This document shows positions 61,888 to 64,000 of a stretch of 64,000 nt of DNA, in pieces. The number at the start of each line of letters is the position of its first letter. The first letter of the stretch is position 1. The stretch comes from Trichormus sp. ATA11-4-KO1 (lineage in GTDB: Bacteria; Cyanobacteriota; Cyanobacteriia; Cyanobacteriales; Nostocaceae). Where the stretch lies: assembly GCA_019358915.1 (NCBI GenBank), contig JAHHIM010000055.1, forward strand, positions 288,001 through 352,000, given 5' to 3'. The position numbers were made by a program, and so were the translations under genes. The notes beneath the pieces are model-generated. The model saw only the letters and a program-made list of their open reading frames with translations, was not told where the DNA came from and did not search any database.

Positions 61888-63123
61888 TTGAAAGTTCTTT
61901 ATACATTAGATGCCGAACTACGACGTAACCTGCTAGTTTTGTTTACAGCAGGTTTATTATTCTGGTCTAGTATCGCCTCGTTATTACCAACTCTTCCCCT
62001 GTATATCGAAGATATCGGCGCAACCAGTCAACAAATTGGCATTGTGATGGGCAGTTTTGCCATTGGGATGTTGCTGTTTCGCCCTTGGTGTAGCAATTTA
62101 GCAGATCGGCGGGGTCGTAAGATTGTGTTGCTCATTGGGATGACAGCAGCTGCGATCGCACCTCTGGGCTATTTGCTAGCAACTTCTATTGTGCCGTTGA
62201 TTGTGCTGCGTGCCTTTCACGGTATTAGTATTGCGGCTTTTGGCACGGCCTACATGGCGTTGGTGGGAGATTTAGCACCAGCGAAGAACCGTGGTGAAGT
62301 CATTGGCTATATGAGTTTGGTGAATCCTTTGGGTGTGGCCATTGGGCCCGCTTTGGGGGGATATTTACAAGCGGCGGCTGGTTACACCCCATTATTTGCG
62401 TTATCTGCGGCTTTGGGTTGTTTAGGGCTGTTGTGTGTTGTGCCAATCGTCAATCCCACCGTGGATGAGCAGTCGCACACCAGCGCCACTGATAACTTAT
62501 TTTGGGGACTACTATTTAGCCCTCGTGTGCGTGTTCCGGCAATCGTGATGTTATTGATTGGTATGGTTTTAGGTACTTTGCATACCTTTGTGCCTTTGTT
62601 CATCAAATCAACTAATGTAGATTTGAATCCAGGCTTGTTTTACACAGCCGCCGCGATCGCTAGTTTTAATGTCAGGTTGTTTATCGGTCGGGCTTCTGAT
62701 CGCTATGGACGGGGTTTGTTTATCACCTTTAGCTTGATTGCTTTCACTTTAGCGATGGTAGGCATTTGGCAAGCTAACAGCGCCTCTGTTTTCTTACTAT
62801 CAGCCTTTGTTGAGGGTGCTGCTTCTGGGACAGCAATTCCCATGATGGCCGCGATGATGACAGATCGAGCCATGCCCCACGAACGAGGGCGGATTTTTGG
62901 AGTATCTTTGGTGGGACTGGATATTGGAATTGCGATCGCAGGGCCTGTTCTCGGTGCTATTGCCGAACAAGTAGGCTACCGCAATATGTTCGGTTATGGT
63001 GCTGGTTTAACTTTTCTGGCCTTAATCATATTTCTTACCCAGTCCAGCCATGATTTACGCCATTCATTACGTTTTGCTTTAGGTCGCGCTGAAGATACTT
63101 ATGCTTTAGATAATGCCAAATAA
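61888..63123 (+). CDS. MFS transporter
   Basis: About 12 TM helices, motif A LADRRGRK and ASDRYGR. Confidence 0.92.
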   Translation: MKVLYTLDAELRRNLLVLFTAGLLFWSSIASLLPTLPLYIEDIGATSQQIGIVMGSFAIGMLLFRPWCSNLADRRGRKIVLLIGMTAAAIAPLGYLLATSIVPLIVLRAFHGISIAAFGTAYMALVGDLAPAKNRGEVIGYMSLVNPLGVAIGPALGGYLQAAAGYTPLFALSAALGCLGLLCVVPIVNPTVDEQSHTSATDNLFWGLLFSPRVRVPAIVMLLIGMVLGTLHTFVPLFIKSTNVDLNPGLFYTAAAIASFNVRLFIGRASDRYGRGLFITFSLIAFTLAMVGIWQANSASVFLLSAFVEGAASGTAIPMMAAMMTDRAMPHERGRIFGVSLVGLDIGIAIAGPVLGAIAEQVGYRNMFGYGAGLTFLALIIFLTQSSHDLRHSLRFALGRAEDTYALDNAK

Positions 63124-63178
63124 AAGCTTAAAAAAGGCAAAATAGAATCAACTCTACCTTGCCTTTTACTTTTTTAAA

Positions 63179-63252
63179 CGGGCGAGGAGGGATTCGAACC
63201 CCCGACACCGTGGTCCGTAGCCACGTGCTCTAGTCCACTGAGCTACACGCCC
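63179..63252 (-). tRNA. trnR: tRNA-Arg(ACG)
   Basis: GGGCGTGTAGCTCAGTGGACTAGAGCACGTGGCT-ACG-GACCACGGTGTCGGGGGTTCGAATCCCTCCTCGCCCG; -10 TATAAT at 63263-63268 (minus strand); CCA not encoded. Confidence 0.97.
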
Positions 63253-63289
63253 TTACAAGAAAATTATAATAACACGTTCTCGCAAAATA

Positions 63290-63796
63290 ATGCAAGACAA
63301 TTTTTCATTGAATCCTATCGACTTAACTCACTTGGATGCTCAGGGAGAAGCGCAGATGGTAGATGTATCTGAGAAAGTACCAACTATCCGCCAGGCGATC
63401 GCCGCAGCCAAGGTGCGGATGTTACCAGCAACCTTTGCGGCAATTCAAGCCGGCAATGCCCCAAAAGGTGATGTGTTGGCAACTGCTAGGTTAGCGGGGA
63501 TTATGGCAGCTAAACAAACGGCCGCTTTAATTCCTTTGTGTCATCCATTGCCACTGCAAAAAATATCAATTGAGGTCATACCCGACCCCCAATTACCTGG
63601 TTATCAAATTCAATCTACAGTCAAAACCAAAGCTGAAACTGGTGTAGAAATGGAAGCTTTAACTGCTGTTTCTATTGCAGCTTTAACTTTATATGATATG
63701 GCAAAAGCTTTAGAAAAATCGATTCAAATTGAATCAATTCAACTAATAAGTAAAACTGGCGGGAAAGCAGGAGAATATTACCCGCCAGAAGCATAA
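63290..63796 (+). CDS. moaC: Cyclic pyranopterin monophosphate synthase MoaC
   Basis: [43 protein letters not shown]. Confidence 0.97.
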   Translation: MQDNFSLNPIDLTHLDAQGEAQMVDVSEKVPTIRQAIAAAKVRMLPATFAAIQAGNAPKGDVLATARLAGIMAAKQTAALIPLCHPLPLQKISIEVIPDPQLPGYQIQSTVKTKAETGVEMEALTAVSIAALTLYDMAKALEKSIQIESIQLISKTGGKAGEYYPPEA

Positions 63797-63797
63797 C

Positions 63798-63995
63798 TTA
63801 GACAATATTGCCTATGGCTTTGTTTAGGTCTGTGGGGCTTTCATATTCTTCATTTTCGGGTAATTGCTCTAATATTGAGATTACATCCCGATCAGCTCCT
63901 TGACTTTGAGCATGTTGAATCAATTCTTGCTTATTCGCAGGATAATCAACACCTTTCAAGTGTTTTTGGATTTCTACTGGATTGGCTTTAGCCAT
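63798..63995 (-). CDS. DUF2795 family small protein
   Basis: IQKHLKGVDYPANKQELIQHA...LP..EYESPTD. Confidence 0.85.
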   Translation of the reverse strand: MAKANPVEIQKHLKGVDYPANKQELIQHAQSQGADRDVISILEQLPENEEYESPTDLNKAIGNIV

Positions 63996-64000
63996 TTTTA

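Larger units (their letters stand above)
1..64000. repeat. HIP1 octamer GCGATCGC dispersed throughout
   Basis: Dozens of copies by eye, roughly one per kb (e.g. 27725, 33207, 47368, 52934, 53219). Confidence 0.95.

Noticed and set aside
5713..62606. Many short ORFs nested in or antisense to long genes
   Set aside because: Shadow ORFs of well-supported genes.
63179..63252. tRNA-Arg as an integration site
   Set aside because: No integrase or duplicated tRNA 3' end; flanked by housekeeping genes.

Overview
A 64 kb chromosomal segment, most likely from a filamentous heterocyst-forming cyanobacterium (Nostocales). This is inferred from dense HIP1 octamers (GCGATCGC), heptamer STRR repeats, psb27, ndhF1/ndhD1, ccmK3/ccmK4, trxC, an rbcR/ycf30-type LysR and a HetZ-related gene. 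Most of the window is core genome: cofH, polA, NDH-1 subunits, menI, phosphohexomutases, moaC and tRNA-Arg(ACG). Elements missing from the ORF track that can be read from the sequence are an incomplete GT2-GtrA gene at the left edge, a Yfr2 sRNA, a tRNA, an IS1634 transposase remnant, two candidate unannotated structured RNAs and several miniature repeat elements. The most interesting loci are: (1) a split NLR/STAND cassette (HTH-NB-ARC gene plus two separate TPR genes) divergent from a small membrane-peptide gene, in a HIP1-free stretch; (2) an orphan APH-kinase/HopA1 pair (class V lanthipeptide-type dehydratase machinery) with no visible precursor; (3) a TerB-C plus DUF2791 ATPase pair resembling Shango sngA/sngB without the helicase; (4) a His-less PAS-GAF kinase divergent from an HTH-AAA-GGDEF protein. 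All family calls come from motif recognition by eye; no database search was run.
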